The notes beneath the pieces are model-generated. The model saw only the letters and a list, made by a program, of their open reading frames with translations, ran no database searches and had not been told where the DNA came from. The position numbers and the translations under genes were made by a program. Below are positions 43,946 through 54,743 of a stretch of 64,000 nt of DNA, in pieces. This DNA is from Ignavibacteriota bacterium (GTDB lineage: Bacteria > Bacteroidota > Ignavibacteria > UBA10030 > CAVZMI01): assembly GCA_963776275.1 (NCBI GenBank), contig CAVZMI010000023.1:224001-288000 (forward strand). The letters run 5' to 3'. Positions within the stretch are counted from its first letter, which is position 1. Each line of letters begins with the position of its first letter.

Positions 43946-44390
43946 GCGGGAGTAATTTCCCGCCAGTCCCACGGGGAAACGTGGGACGTAAATCTCACTG
44001 GAGATCGTGAGACGGAAAAAACCGAAACACGAGAACGGCGGGACAGGTAGTTCCCGCGCCGACGTTGATTGGTTCAACGCGAGCTTCCCAAGTCCCGCTC
44101 CGACCACACTTGCGAAGCAAGTGTGTAGTCGGAGCGAGGATCCTCGATTCGGCCACCACTCGTCCAACTTCGTTGAACTCGTGGGCCGAATCGGAACTTG
44201 AAAAACGGGTTGACTTGATACTGGGTGAAAATCAGGTATATTAATAGGGTTAATGCGGGAGTAATTCAGTCGTGCCCCAACATAGTTGGGGCACGGAATG
44301 TCAGTCCCGTTCCGGTCGGACTTGCGAAGCAAGTCCGTAGCCGGAACGAGGATCCCGTCCTGACTTCGTCAGGGCGGGACTTCCCGCTAC
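43946..44390 (+). pseudogene. Fragmented tRNA-Gly-like copies interrupted by palindromic insertions
   Basis: GCGGGAGTAATT at 43946 and 44255; 44064-44092 plus 44197-44211 match the adjacent tRNA-Gly exactly when the insert is removed. Confidence 0.7.
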
Positions 44391-44403
44391 CTGATAATGG
44401 TAT

Positions 44404-44474
44404 GCGGGGTTAGTTGATTGGTTCAACGCGAGCTTCCCAAGCTTGAAAAACGGGTTCGATTCCCGTACCCCGCT
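44404..44474 (+). tRNA. tRNA-Gly(CCC)
   Basis: Acceptor GCGGGGT/ACCCCGC, anticodon arm CGAGC-TTCCCAA-GCTTG, T-loop GTTCGATTC; D-arm slightly atypical. Confidence 0.85.
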
Positions 44475-44613
44475 CTTGTCAATGATGAATTACGCCTACG
44501 GCCCGTAGGGTATATTGACTTGTTCGCCAGATCCCGACCCCAACAAAGTCGGGGGGAGTAGGCGGAAGCGAAGCGTAGGCGGAATAGTGAATGTGCGGCG
44601 GAAGCCAGATAAG

Positions 44614-44642
44614 AAAAGCTCACAGGAATCCTGTGAGCTTTT
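44614..44642. terminator. Bidirectional intrinsic terminator
   Basis: AAAAGCTCACAGGAATCCTGTGAGCTTTT between convergent genes. Confidence 0.8.
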
Positions 44643-44672
44643 CTGTTCTTTACCACCATGATGAGCTAAAAA

Positions 44673-45308
44673 TTATTTCAACAGCGACATCTTCTTTGTT
44701 TGGGTGAAATTCCCGGCCTGTATTCTGTATAAATAGATTCCGCTCGGCATATTTGTTGCCTCAAAAATTATTTCATGGTGGCCTGCGGTTTCTTCTCCAT
44801 TCACCAACGTTATTATTTCTCTACCGATGATGTTGAATACTTTTACGGTAACTAGACTTTTTTGCGGGAGATCGTATCGTATTCTCGTAGATGGATTAAA
44901 TGGATTCGGGTAATTTTGTTCCACGGTAAATCGATCGGGTCGATCGGCATTATCTTTGATGCCCGTTGCAGAATTTATTACATGTATGATGCCCGACATT
45001 CCTACGCCTCCGGGAGCGCCGTGTATGACACAGTAGTATCGAAAATCCCCGACGGATGTGAATACTCTGTCATACGTCCATGTCGAGGATTAAGCTGGTC
45101 CATTTGTAAAACTCCCGTCATCTGCCATAACATTATGGAATCCGCTCTGATTTTCCCATCGTACTGTATCTCCCACATTGATCGTCAGATTGGCAGGAGT
45201 AAACGTCATACCTGAGGCGACGACGATGTGGAGTGTCTGTGTAAGAACTGTGGCTGGAGCCACGACGGACAAAATTATTACTGCAATCATTGAAAGCGTA
45301 AGTCGCAT
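44673..45308 (-). CDS. Plastocyanin/azurin-like cupredoxin with T9SS C-terminal domain, frameshift near 45085
   Basis: FTPANLTINVGDTVRW...HNV; YYCVIHG...GMSG; QNYPNPFNP tail. Confidence 0.85.
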
Positions 45309-46502
45309 CGTATACCTCCTTATAAAAATTATTAATTGTAGTGGAATCCTATATGTGTGTAACAATCAAAACCGATAAACCGTTTCTTTTGAGAAATACT
45401 GATGAGGGATAATGGTCGAATACCAGGCTGTTTTGGGTAACTGTTAATACGGGATATCGGAGATCGCTCCCCTTTACATGTTCGGCTTGGGCCCCATCGT
45501 AAAGACGATTGTCCCCCCATTCTTCACTTCATCATACGAAAGGTATGCATTCTCCCGCAGTTTTCTATTCAATCGGACTGATTGAATAAAGATCCCTGTC
45601 GGAGTCGGGACCAATCTGGATCATCCCGAATGGTGCAACAGCGGCTGGATAGATATCCCCTCACCCTGCGTTCCCACAAAAGGACGGATATAATCAACCG
45701 GTGAATGTTTATCGTTAAAATTCTTTTCTGTATTTTCATCAGCTTAATTAAACCCAAAGGGAGGTGTCGTTGTCAAAACCAGAAGAGACTTTGGAAAGAT
45801 ATCTCATCGCCAATTGTCCATCAGAAATCTCCTTCTTTTACGAAACAGGTAAGACTTTTTCATGAGTGACATTGGTAGAAGTATTATCAGATTATAGCGT
45901 CATTGAAGGTGGTGGAAGATAGTGAAATTTCATGTGGCGTTAAAGATGTGATGTGGCCAGCCTTTCATTGTGGCAATTTGATGAATTCCGTGGGAGTTCC
46001 TTCCGCGGACTTGCTTTTCGGAATAATTTCATTTATCTTTTCTCGCACTCATAGAAAGAGGATGGAGCTATACATTTGCGATAGGGGGTGGTTTCCCTCC
46101 CATGGAACTTGCATTCTGTCAGCTCGAGATAATTTGGGAAAATAGGCGGGCAAATTTGGAATACAGTGCTCGATCGAAACAATACCCGAAGAACATACAA
46201 ATCTCAATTTTCCCCGAGATGAGGTTAACCGGTTTTTCGATGGAGAGTTCAACCGTTGCCGAGACGTTGTAGAATGAAAGTGTCTCTGCAATAAAAACCT
46301 TTGCCCGGAACCATCCTGTTCGAAATGGGCTTCAATCTGTGGAGTGTTATTAAAGTGGGGCACTTCTTTACGGGTTTATTTGTTATAATTTTTAGTTCCC
46401 GGAAGTGTTTACATGAATGGCTGACAAAGTCCTCTTCTATGATTCAGTAACCAATATGCGAAAAACATTAAACCATCAATACAGATAGGAAGTCTAATTT
46501 CT

Positions 46503-46811
46503 ATGCAGTACAACCGTTATTATAGTAATCCGCGGGGAAGACGCGAAGGAAACACTGCACCAAAGCATGTACGGCGGTACACCGCAACAGTGGGTGAAAC
46601 TTCATTTGTCCGCAATTCGCCTAACGTATACACTCACGTTGTCGTCGGACGAAAGGGAATAACACCGCTTGAAGTGCTTAAATGGTGTAACTCTGGAACT
46701 CAGGCCAACTCCGAAGCAGATATCCGCATCAAAGCCGGTTATGCCAACGTCCAGGTCGTCGAAGTCGTCGCTTCGGCGTATAAGAAAGAGTTCTTCCCGG
46801 ATAAAAAGTAA
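46503..46811 (+). CDS. Hypothetical protein
   Basis: 102-aa ORF with ATG start in otherwise non-coding region. Confidence 0.6.
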   Translation: MQYNRYYSNPRGRREGNTAPKHVRRYTATVGETSFVRNSPNVYTHVVVGRKGITPLEVLKWCNSGTQANSEADIRIKAGYANVQVVEVVASAYKKEFFPDKK

Positions 46812-47003
46812 GTTTTTGCTTTTTAACTTCGATGGAACATCCTGACGAGAAGGGCATCAGGAATGTTCTGGGAAGGAACAGCATATCCAAAGTAATCTCG
46901 CCGGCCGAGTGAGACTTCCAGGAGGTGTAACTTTCTCGTTTCTCTTCCGTAGAATTCATTATTAAACCTCCGATTATCCATTTATTATTAAAGAGTACGG
47001 GAA

Positions 47004-47963
47004 TTGAAAACATTCTATCTGATCTGTGTATTTTCCCTTTTTGTGAATATTATAAGCGCACAAACTTCGCTGCAGGACGGCATCAAGCTTCTCGAGAAAA
47101 AGGAGTATGATCAGGCACGAAGTGTTTTTGAGACCATTCTGAAAAGTGACAATAACAATGCCGAAGCACATATACTTCTCGGCCGGTTGCTCATGGGATA
47201 CTATAGGAATTTCGATGATGCCGAAGAACATCTTGAAAAGGCAGTTGAGCTGGACGGTGGAAATGCCGAGTATCACTGGTATCTTGGAAATGTCTATGGT
47301 GCACAAGCGCAGGTGGCAGGTTTTTTTTCAAAGATATCGTATGCAAAAAAGTTGAAAACCGAATTTATCAAGGCGGTAGAGTTAAATCCTGACGATATCC
47401 GTTTCAGGGAATCACTAATGGTATACTACCTGAGGGCGCCAGGAATTATTGGTGGGAGTGTTGAGAAAGCGAAGGAACAGGCGAAGGAAATGATGCGAAT
47501 AAATGCCTGCTCCGGACATTTTGCCTATGCGCAGATTGCAATCTATGAGAAGAATTCCGGATGGGCTGAACAGGAATTAAAGCAGGCAATACAGGCCGAA
47601 CCTAATAATTGGAGACCATATCACCGCCTCGGTTATCTCTACGTTGAACAAAAACGGTACGATGAGGCAATTGCACAATTCCAACGGTATGTGACTCTCG
47701 CTCCGGACGATGCCAACAGCTATGATAGTCTGGGAGAAGGATATTTCTATAAGGGGGATTTCAGCGCTGCCATCCCACAGTTTCAGAAAGCTCTTTCTGT
47801 AAATCCGAAATTCGGATCTTCACTCTATAACCTCGGCCGGTCCTTTGAGAAAAATAATAACAAAAATGAAGCACTGAAGAACTACAGGAAATATCTTGAG
47901 GTCGAGCCTGAAGGTCAATATGCCGATGAAGTAGAGAAAAAAGTTAAAGAACTCTCGGAATGA
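47004..47963 (+). CDS. Tetratricopeptide repeat protein
   Basis: Signal peptide and multiple TPR consensus repeats. Confidence 0.9.
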   Translation: MKTFYLICVFSLFVNIISAQTSLQDGIKLLEKKEYDQARSVFETILKSDNNNAEAHILLGRLLMGYYRNFDDAEEHLEKAVELDGGNAEYHWYLGNVYGAQAQVAGFFSKISYAKKLKTEFIKAVELNPDDIRFRESLMVYYLRAPGIIGGSVEKAKEQAKEMMRINACSGHFAYAQIAIYEKNSGWAEQELKQAIQAEPNNWRPYHRLGYLYVEQKRYDEAIAQFQRYVTLAPDDANSYDSLGEGYFYKGDFSAAIPQFQKALSVNPKFGSSLYNLGRSFEKNNNKNEALKNYRKYLEVEPEGQYADEVEKKVKELSE

Positions 47964-47988
47964 TTATACGAACGATCGGATAGATACA

Positions 47989-48348
47989 CTATTTTATCTC
48001 CTGATACTCTGCAGGGATATGAAGGTTCTTGATAATTTGCATAACTTCACGGACAAATGCACATTCGCATTTGGTGGGACAGCTGTGAAGGTTGGACTCG
48101 TGGAGGCAATACCCGGGACAGTCAGAATCTCCGGTTTTGCGGTTCGTGAATATGGGACCGTGATACAGATCGAAAAATTTGCCGGCTTTAACGGCAAGTG
48201 TCGTTCTGCAGGAATGATTGAAGAGAAATAATCCCACTCGCAGGTGATTGAAATTCACCTGATACCCGATAAGCGTGAGCGACGGATCAGCGAGAAATTT
48301 ACTACGCGTTTCCCATGTTGTTTTACATAATGGACAGGTCTTAAACAA
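47989..48348 (-). CDS. Cys-rich hypothetical protein
   Basis: CPLC...W..R..FL.DP, LFLFNHSC, CPGYC, CPTKCEC. Confidence 0.75.
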   Translation of the reverse strand: MFKTCPLCKTTWETRSKFLADPSLTLIGYQVNFNHLRVGLFLFNHSCRTTLAVKAGKFFDLYHGPIFTNRKTGDSDCPGYCLHESNLHSCPTKCECAFVREVMQIIKNLHIPAEYQEIK

Positions 48349-48501
48349 TGTGCTATGCCCCGTGAAGTAACTTCTTCTTTATTCTCACAACGGAATATTT
48401 AGCAGGGAAGTTCCTGCCCCCGAGCTCATATCTGCCCATCTCCGTTTATTATATATTGTGAAATATCGCCGAAATATTGTAAATCTGAAACTCGAACTGG
48501 G

Positions 48502-49008
48502 CTATGGCAACTCAATTTCCTTTGGATCGTCCGGATATTCGGTGATTTTCCATTCTTCCTGATCGGTGTTAAAGCCCGTTTGGGCCAGATTGACTTTTAA
48601 ATATTTTCCGGATCCTTCGGCCGCCACCGTTCCGTCTTTAAGCAAGATTTTTCCTTCACCTTCGAATAATCGTCCACGGTCATTGGTAATCTGTCCGACG
48701 ACTCGTATTGGTTGATCGATAGGGATGTTTTTCTTGAAGCGAACTGTAATCTCGGCAGTAAATCCCCAGTAGTCTTTATGTTCTCTTATCATGATGGCGC
48801 GTCCGATCGTCTCGTCGAGAAGTGCGGAGGCGATACCTCCATGCAGTATATTCGGATAGCCCTGATGTTCCGGCAATGCTTTGAAGATGCCTACGAGCTG
48901 GCCGTTTTCAAGCTCGTAAAACCCGCCATGGAGACCCACGGGATTTTTCAAACCGCAGACAATACACATTTTCGAGTTGTGGTGTTTTGCTATTACTCTG
49001 TACTTCAT
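48502..49008 (-). CDS. PaaI family thioesterase
   Basis: CIVCGLKNP, HQGYP..LHGGI..ALLDE. Confidence 0.9.
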   Translation of the reverse strand: MKYRVIAKHHNSKMCIVCGLKNPVGLHGGFYELENGQLVGIFKALPEHQGYPNILHGGIASALLDETIGRAIMIREHKDYWGFTAEITVRFKKNIPIDQPIRVVGQITNDRGRLFEGEGKILLKDGTVAAEGSGKYLKVNLAQTGFNTDQEEWKITEYPDDPKEIELP

Positions 49009-49072
49009 CGGTTGATTCTCTCCTTTTTACTCAGTGCAGTTTTACTCAGTGCAGTAATATTTTCTTATGATA

Positions 49073-49402
49073 TCAGTCAACAATAAATAACCTCGCTCCA
49101 ATTTCCGTCGATGACCGGTGTGGATAGATATCGTCGGAGACCTGATAGCTTGTACCGGGAGCGAGTACGAACTCTCTTCCGTCGGCAAGCTCGGTTACTA
49201 ATTCACCTTCCAGCACTAGAAGCACATGACCGCGGGTGCACCAGTGGTCTGCGATGTACCCCGGCGTGTACTCAACCATACGCACACGGATATTCCCCAT
49301 CTCGAAGGTTCGCCAACGTGCCTCGCCCCGTAATCCCATGTGTGTTGTGGGTGTGATTGTATTCCAGTCGATTGTGCAAAATGGAACATCCTGGATTTGC
49401 AT
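49073..49402 (-). CDS. DHCW-motif cupin-fold protein
   Basis: RMVEYTPGYIADHWCTRGH, LFIVD. Confidence 0.92.
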   Translation of the reverse strand: MQIQDVPFCTIDWNTITPTTHMGLRGEARWRTFEMGNIRVRMVEYTPGYIADHWCTRGHVLLVLEGELVTELADGREFVLAPGTSYQVSDDIYPHRSSTEIGARLFIVD

Positions 49403-49540
49403 AGTGCACCTCTTCGTACCATTAAAGCTTAACGGAAATAGTTGCTGTAAAGTAAAATAACGATAAAAAACGTATTCTATTGATACTGTTCAATCATGTA
49501 ATTGGATGTGTAACCGTATGCACGTACCCCGTCTCTGTTT

Positions 49541-50146
49541 TTACAATACTCCCAGGGCAGCAAGTCCATCCCTCATAAAAAGAAGGGCAAAAAACAACAA
49601 AAATAATCCAAGAATCCTGATGCTATATATGTAGAAAGTACTCTTAAGAAAAGCTTTCGATTTATCAGCGACGATAGCCACTATCACTTTTGAGCCAACT
49701 AAACAGATATAGAATCCAACGACGAAACAAATTGCAGATAAAACATTATTATTATAGGCATTCAAGACAGTCGGAGCGCCAACCGCGAACCAGAATATAT
49801 AAGGATGTGGACTCAGGATGTTTGTCATCACCCCTTTCCGAAGAGAATGCGGCTGAATCGCTTGAACATTCTGTGTCGGTGGCTTAGCCGTGAAGTTTTC
49901 ATATGCCAAATATCCGAGAAACAACGCGCCAAAGATTGAAATGATCCCTGCAACCAGATGAATGCCGGATATTGTGGTAAAAAGAAAAATTGTTATAAAC
50001 ACGATCGGTATATCTGTAATCAGGGGTGCAAACGCTATTGTGATTCCCGCTTTTCTATTATGATGGAGAGTCTCTGAAATTAACAGGGTCAGCAGAGGTC
50101 CGGGAGACAGACCGGCGGTCAATCCGAACACAATTCCAGAAATCAT
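49541..50146 (-). CDS. LysE family translocator
   Basis: GLTAGLSPGP, NILSPHPYIFW; start uncertain. Confidence 0.9.
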   Translation of the reverse strand: MISGIVFGLTAGLSPGPLLTLLISETLHHNRKAGITIAFAPLITDIPIVFITIFLFTTISGIHLVAGIISIFGALFLGYLAYENFTAKPPTQNVQAIQPHSLRKGVMTNILSPHPYIFWFAVGAPTVLNAYNNNVLSAICFVVGFYICLVGSKVIVAIVADKSKAFLKSTFYIYSIRILGLFLLFFALLFMRDGLAALGVL

Positions 50147-50633
50147 AAAGTGGATCAAGTATGCTTTATGCCTCCTACTCTTTCTGCAAAAAATATCCTT
50201 AATCAACGAAATTGCAGTTTCAAATGCAATACAGTCGTATCGAACGGATTATTCAATGAGGGAACAGAATTGGAATCATGATCGCTTGCTGGAAGCTCTG
50301 AAGTTCTGTCCACCGAGTAATCTCGTACTCACGCTCCCTGATGTATAGGCGATGTCGACATTGAGACGGAAGTGCTGCACGTTCATCCTGATATGACATC
50401 ACCTCTTATATATTTCGATACGCCTTAGGCGTACTCAGGACAAGTATCGATATGACTTTTGGGGATTGAGTTTAAAATGTAATAATTATTTTCTTTTTGG
50501 ATAGTCCCAGTCGCAGGTACAGTCTCATCCATGAAAATATTTTAATTCGATATTTGTAAAAATAGATTGACAGCCGCAGAATATTTATGTATATTTATTT
50601 CGATAAATGTCGAAACATAATGGATAAAAATTT

Positions 50634-51593
50634 ATGGATTTCAAAGAGCGGATTAGTATTTTAAAAGCCCTTTCCGACGGTACCCGGTTAATGCTGGTGA
50701 ATGCATTACTTGAAAAGCCGCATTGTGTGGAGGATCTAGCCCAACGGCTGCGACGGGCGCCATCGACCATTTCTTTCCACCTGCGGAAACTGGAAGAAGC
50801 CGGACTAGTATCCAAAACAAAAACGCAATACTATTTGATGTATGAGTTGCGATTGGATCTTCTCCAGATGAATCTCAGGGATTTTATTGCCATTCCGGTA
50901 GATGGAGAGAGTCCGGAACAAAAGCGCATGCAGCGATACCGGGAAAAAGTTGCGCGCACTTTTATCCGGAATCAGGCGCTGATCAAAATTCCAAAACAAT
51001 GGAAAAAACGGAGGATTATCCTCGAAGAATTCCTGAAAAAGTTTGAATCCGATAAGGAATATCGGGAAAATGAAGTCAATGAGAGAATCATGACCCTGTA
51101 TCCGGACTACTGCACAATCCGACGGATGTTAATTGATGAGGGATACATGAGCCGGCAGGGACAAATATACAGAGTTGAAAAAAAGGAAGAGGTAAAGGAA
51201 AAGATGAAGGAGAAAATAATGTCAAAACGCGCAGATATAAAAAGGGAATACAAACAAATCCCGCGGCAAGCCGGGATTTATCAAATCAAGAATACTGTCA
51301 ATGGAAAGGTGTTTCTTGGCAGCAGCACAAACCTCCACGGTCCGTTAAATAGAGATAAATTTATGCTTTCGACCGGAATGCATAAAAATGAACAGCTCCA
51401 GAAAGATTGGAAGGAATTCGGTCCCGACGCATTTTCATTCGATATTCTCGAGATTGTTCAACAAAAAGACGATCCAAATTTTTCACTTGAAGATGAGTTG
51501 ACACTTCTAGAACAAATCTGGATTGAAAAGCTTCAACCTTTTGGAGAGCATGGGTATAATAAGATAGCAAAAATCCGTGAGGCATATATGTAA
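50634..51593 (+). CDS. ArsR-HTH + DUF2087 + GIY-YIG-like fusion protein
   Basis: KALSDGTRL...STISFHLRKLEEAGLV; YPDYCTIRRMLID; GIYQIKN..NGKVFLGSS...LQKDW. Confidence 0.85.
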   Translation: MDFKERISILKALSDGTRLMLVNALLEKPHCVEDLAQRLRRAPSTISFHLRKLEEAGLVSKTKTQYYLMYELRLDLLQMNLRDFIAIPVDGESPEQKRMQRYREKVARTFIRNQALIKIPKQWKKRRIILEEFLKKFESDKEYRENEVNERIMTLYPDYCTIRRMLIDEGYMSRQGQIYRVEKKEEVKEKMKEKIMSKRADIKREYKQIPRQAGIYQIKNTVNGKVFLGSSTNLHGPLNRDKFMLSTGMHKNEQLQKDWKEFGPDAFSFDILEIVQQKDDPNFSLEDELTLLEQIWIEKLQPFGEHGYNKIAKIREAYM

Positions 51594-51768
51594 TGATGAC
51601 TTGCAAATTGTGATATCGTTTCGTAATTTGATGATGGAACATGGCAGTTTGTATGGGGCGGTTAGTCCCATCCCGACATACTTTACCGAAGATAAAGTAT
51701 AGGTCGGGAGGCGGATCCCGCTCCGCTCTTGGGAGCGGGACTCAGTAAAACGCTAAGATTCTTTCCTC

Positions 51769-51843
51769 GGGCGGTTAGCTCAGCTGGTTCAGAGCGCCTG
51801 CCTTACAAGCAGGAGGTCACTGGTTCGATCCCAGTACTGCCCA
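51769..51843 (+). tRNA. tRNA-Val(TAC)
   Basis: GGGCGGTTAGCTCAG...CCTGC-CTTACAA-GCAGG...GGTTCGATCCC...ACTGCCCA. Confidence 0.95.
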
Positions 51844-52285
51844 CGACGAAAAAGAACTATCAGATGGCTTTTGGTAAGGAAAAATTAGAAATTAAAAAGT
51901 AAAAAGGGGAGCAGGCGGCAGAACTTTAGTTCTGCAGTACTAACCTTCCGAAGGAAGGCTATGTATTCGAACCCCGCCCGCTTCGCCGAGCGTCCGCCTC
52001 GCTCCGCGAGGCGGAGCGGGTCGAGCCTCGGCGAGACGGGAAGCGAGGCGAGCACCGCCCACATGTCAATAGTGAATTACGAATTGTGACCTGTCCGCTG
52101 GAACGAAGTGAAGGCGGAATGGTGAATATTTGAAAGGCAGGATAATGTAAGTTATCCAGTACTTTAGTGCAGGAGGTCACTGGCCTGAGGGCTTCTGCTC
52201 TAGAGTGCTTTTATATAATGCAACGGCACCACAGTAATTCGAAGTAAGGTACCGAAACAGCCCACAACAACTCTCTGGTCACCGG

Positions 52286-53209
52286 ATGGATAGAACCCTA
52301 ACCCTCATAATTTTCAATCTTTTTGTCATTGGGATGCTGGCACTTGATTTACGGGTCTTCCATCGTAAAGCTCATGCTGTGACGATGCGAGAGGCACTTG
52401 TCTGGAGTATTTTCTGGGTAGCCATTTCGCTTCTCTTCTGTTTTATGCTCTTCATCTGGGATAAACACACAACTGCATTGGAATTTCTTACCGGTTATTT
52501 AATAGAAAAGGCTCTTTCAGTCGATAATCTTTTTGTCTTCATCGTTATTTTCTCGTTTTTCAAGGTACTGCCTCATCTCCAACACCGGGTCCTTTTTTTC
52601 GGAATTCTCGGTGCTCTTTTCATGCGAGCTGCTTTTATCATTGCAGGTGCCATACTCATCTCGATGTTCCATTGGGTAATGTATATTTTTGGTTTAATCC
52701 TGCTCTTCACCGGATGGAAGATGCTTTTCGGGGCAGACGTGGAGGTCGATCCCGGCAAGAATATTATCATCAAGTTCTTTCGAAAGTTTTTTCCTGTTAC
52801 TGCAGACTATGAAGGTCAAAGATTTATCGTCCGCCGTGATAAAAGTTACTTCATAACCCCCTTGTTTCTGGTGCTCATCACGATCGAAACAAGCGATATC
52901 GTTTTTGCCGTTGATTCTATTCCCGCCATTTTTGCTATTACACAGGATCCGTTTATTGTCTATACATCGAATATCTTTGCAATACTCGGTTTACGGGCGC
53001 TATATTTTCTTCTGGCCGGGTTTATTAAGAAATTTGAGTATCTCAAAATCGGCCTTTCTTTAGTTTTACTCTATGTAGCAATCAAGATGCTTCTTGTGGA
53101 TGTGGTAAGGATTCCCATTGCTGTTTCTCTCGCAGGAGTGTTATTGATATTGACTGTCTCTGTTGTGGCATCAATCAGGAAAAAAGGCAGGAATAAATTC
53201 TCTTCATGA
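52286..53209 (+). CDS. TerC/Alx family membrane protein
   Basis: GYLIEKALSVDNLFVF, DIVFAVDSIPA, SNIFAILGLRALYF. Confidence 0.93.
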   Translation: MDRTLTLIIFNLFVIGMLALDLRVFHRKAHAVTMREALVWSIFWVAISLLFCFMLFIWDKHTTALEFLTGYLIEKALSVDNLFVFIVIFSFFKVLPHLQHRVLFFGILGALFMRAAFIIAGAILISMFHWVMYIFGLILLFTGWKMLFGADVEVDPGKNIIIKFFRKFFPVTADYEGQRFIVRRDKSYFITPLFLVLITIETSDIVFAVDSIPAIFAITQDPFIVYTSNIFAILGLRALYFLLAGFIKKFEYLKIGLSLVLLYVAIKMLLVDVVRIPIAVSLAGVLLILTVSVVASIRKKGRNKFSS

Positions 53210-53372
53210 TCCATTGATATTGAGCCATTGATTTTTTCGATTGAAGGAACTGAATCCCTGAATCGGAAATTCCGACTGAATCTGGCCTGAAAAAACAACT
53301 TCTCAACTCGGCAATCATATATCATAAAATAGAAAGATCTCGATATTCTCGTCTTTCTTTTTTGGAGTGCTT

Positions 53373-54515
53373 ATGACGGATTCTCTTCCGCGACGTTTTA
53401 TCTTTGTCGATCTTCTGCGCGGACTCGCCGTCTTCGTCATGATCGAAGTGCATGTGGTCAATGCGATCCTTCTACCTTCTCTCCGGACAGGCGATTTTTT
53501 TAGCGTGTTGAATTTTATTAACGGACTTGTTGCCCCATCGTTTATTTTCATAGCGGGCTTCGCATTTGCTATTTCAGCACGAAGGAAATGGAACGACTAC
53601 ACAAGACCCAGCCGGCCTCTTTTCATTCAGATACGCCGGCTCGGTATTATTATTCTCATCGGATATTTGCTCCACCTGCCGGTATTTTCATTCCAAAAAT
53701 TGTTGTTTGAATCCACTCCGCAGATGTGGGAAAAATTTTTCCAATCGGATGTACTTCATTGCATAGGAGTGTCATTGATATTCCTGCAGATTCTGGTCTT
53801 TCTTATCAAACGTGAAAAATGGGTCTACACGACGGCTGGCATAGTTGGTCTGATTTTTATTTTTGGAGCCCCATTGGCATGGATGAAAGATTATTCCGGA
53901 ATTATTTCACAACCGCTTGCTGCGTATATCAATAATTTTAATTATTCGCTCTTCCCACTTTTTCCATGGTTCGGGTATCTTATGGCAGGAGCTGTCATAT
54001 CGTATTTCTTTGTACGGATGAACGAATCGGGTCAGTCGGTGCGATTCATGAGATATGCGTCGACTATTTCTGGAATAATGATAGCTGGTGGGGTCATTTT
54101 CGAAATTCTGCCATTTTCCATTTATCCCGTGGCCGATTTCTGGCGGACAAGTCCGCAGTTCTTTTTCATCAGGCTCGGTATCGTGATTCTCCTTCTGGTC
54201 GGGCTTTGGTGTGGAGAGCAAAAACTTCATTATGGCGGTTCATTCCTGACGCGATTCGGTCAGGAATCGCTGATCGTCTATGTGTCGCATCTGACGATTA
54301 TCTTCGGTTCCATCTTCGGGGATCGGAGTATCGCGACGATCATAGGAAAAACACAGGGATATGAAACATCGTTTTTGGTGACGGCTGTACTGATTGTGGC
54401 GATGATCGGACTTGCCTATCTCTGGCACTGGTTAAAACGCGATCACAAAACAAAAGTCCACATCATCCAATGGGGAGGAGTAATACTCTTTTTCGGATTG
54501 TTTTTATGGAGGTAG
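53373..54515 (+). CDS. DUF1624/HGSNAT-like membrane acyltransferase
   Basis: DLLRGLAVFVMIEVH, DVLHCIG, FPLFPW. Confidence 0.85.
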   Translation: MTDSLPRRFIFVDLLRGLAVFVMIEVHVVNAILLPSLRTGDFFSVLNFINGLVAPSFIFIAGFAFAISARRKWNDYTRPSRPLFIQIRRLGIIILIGYLLHLPVFSFQKLLFESTPQMWEKFFQSDVLHCIGVSLIFLQILVFLIKREKWVYTTAGIVGLIFIFGAPLAWMKDYSGIISQPLAAYINNFNYSLFPLFPWFGYLMAGAVISYFFVRMNESGQSVRFMRYASTISGIMIAGGVIFEILPFSIYPVADFWRTSPQFFFIRLGIVILLLVGLWCGEQKLHYGGSFLTRFGQESLIVYVSHLTIIFGSIFGDRSIATIIGKTQGYETSFLVTAVLIVAMIGLAYLWHWLKRDHKTKVHIIQWGGVILFFGLFLWR

Positions 54516-54546
54516 TAAAAAAGCCTTAAAAATCAAGGCCTATAAG

Positions 54547-54620
54547 TACGCCCGTAGGGATTCGAACCCCAAACCTTCTGATCCGTAGTCAGATGCTCTA
54601 TCCAATTGAGCTACGGGCGC
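54547..54620 (-). tRNA. tRNA-Arg(ACG)
   Basis: Reverse complement GCGCCCGTAGCTCAATTGGATAGAGC...TCTGA-CTACGGA-TCAGA...GTTCGAATCC. Confidence 0.95.
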
Positions 54621-54743
54621 AAACCTAATATGACGAAAATACAAAAAAAAAATCCATGATGCAAATATCATATTCCCGGTTGCAAAAGCTCATATTCATG
54701 TTTATATTATATTTTCTTATTAGAGAACTGGAAGCCATATCGC

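Noticed and set aside
43652-44659. ORFs 43652-44332, 44007-44201 and 44423-44659
   Set aside because: They run across tRNA sequences and palindromic repeats, with no protein motifs.
52100-52285. yybP-ykoY Mn riboswitch upstream of the TerC gene
   Set aside because: Expected by context, but I could not find the consensus motifs by eye.
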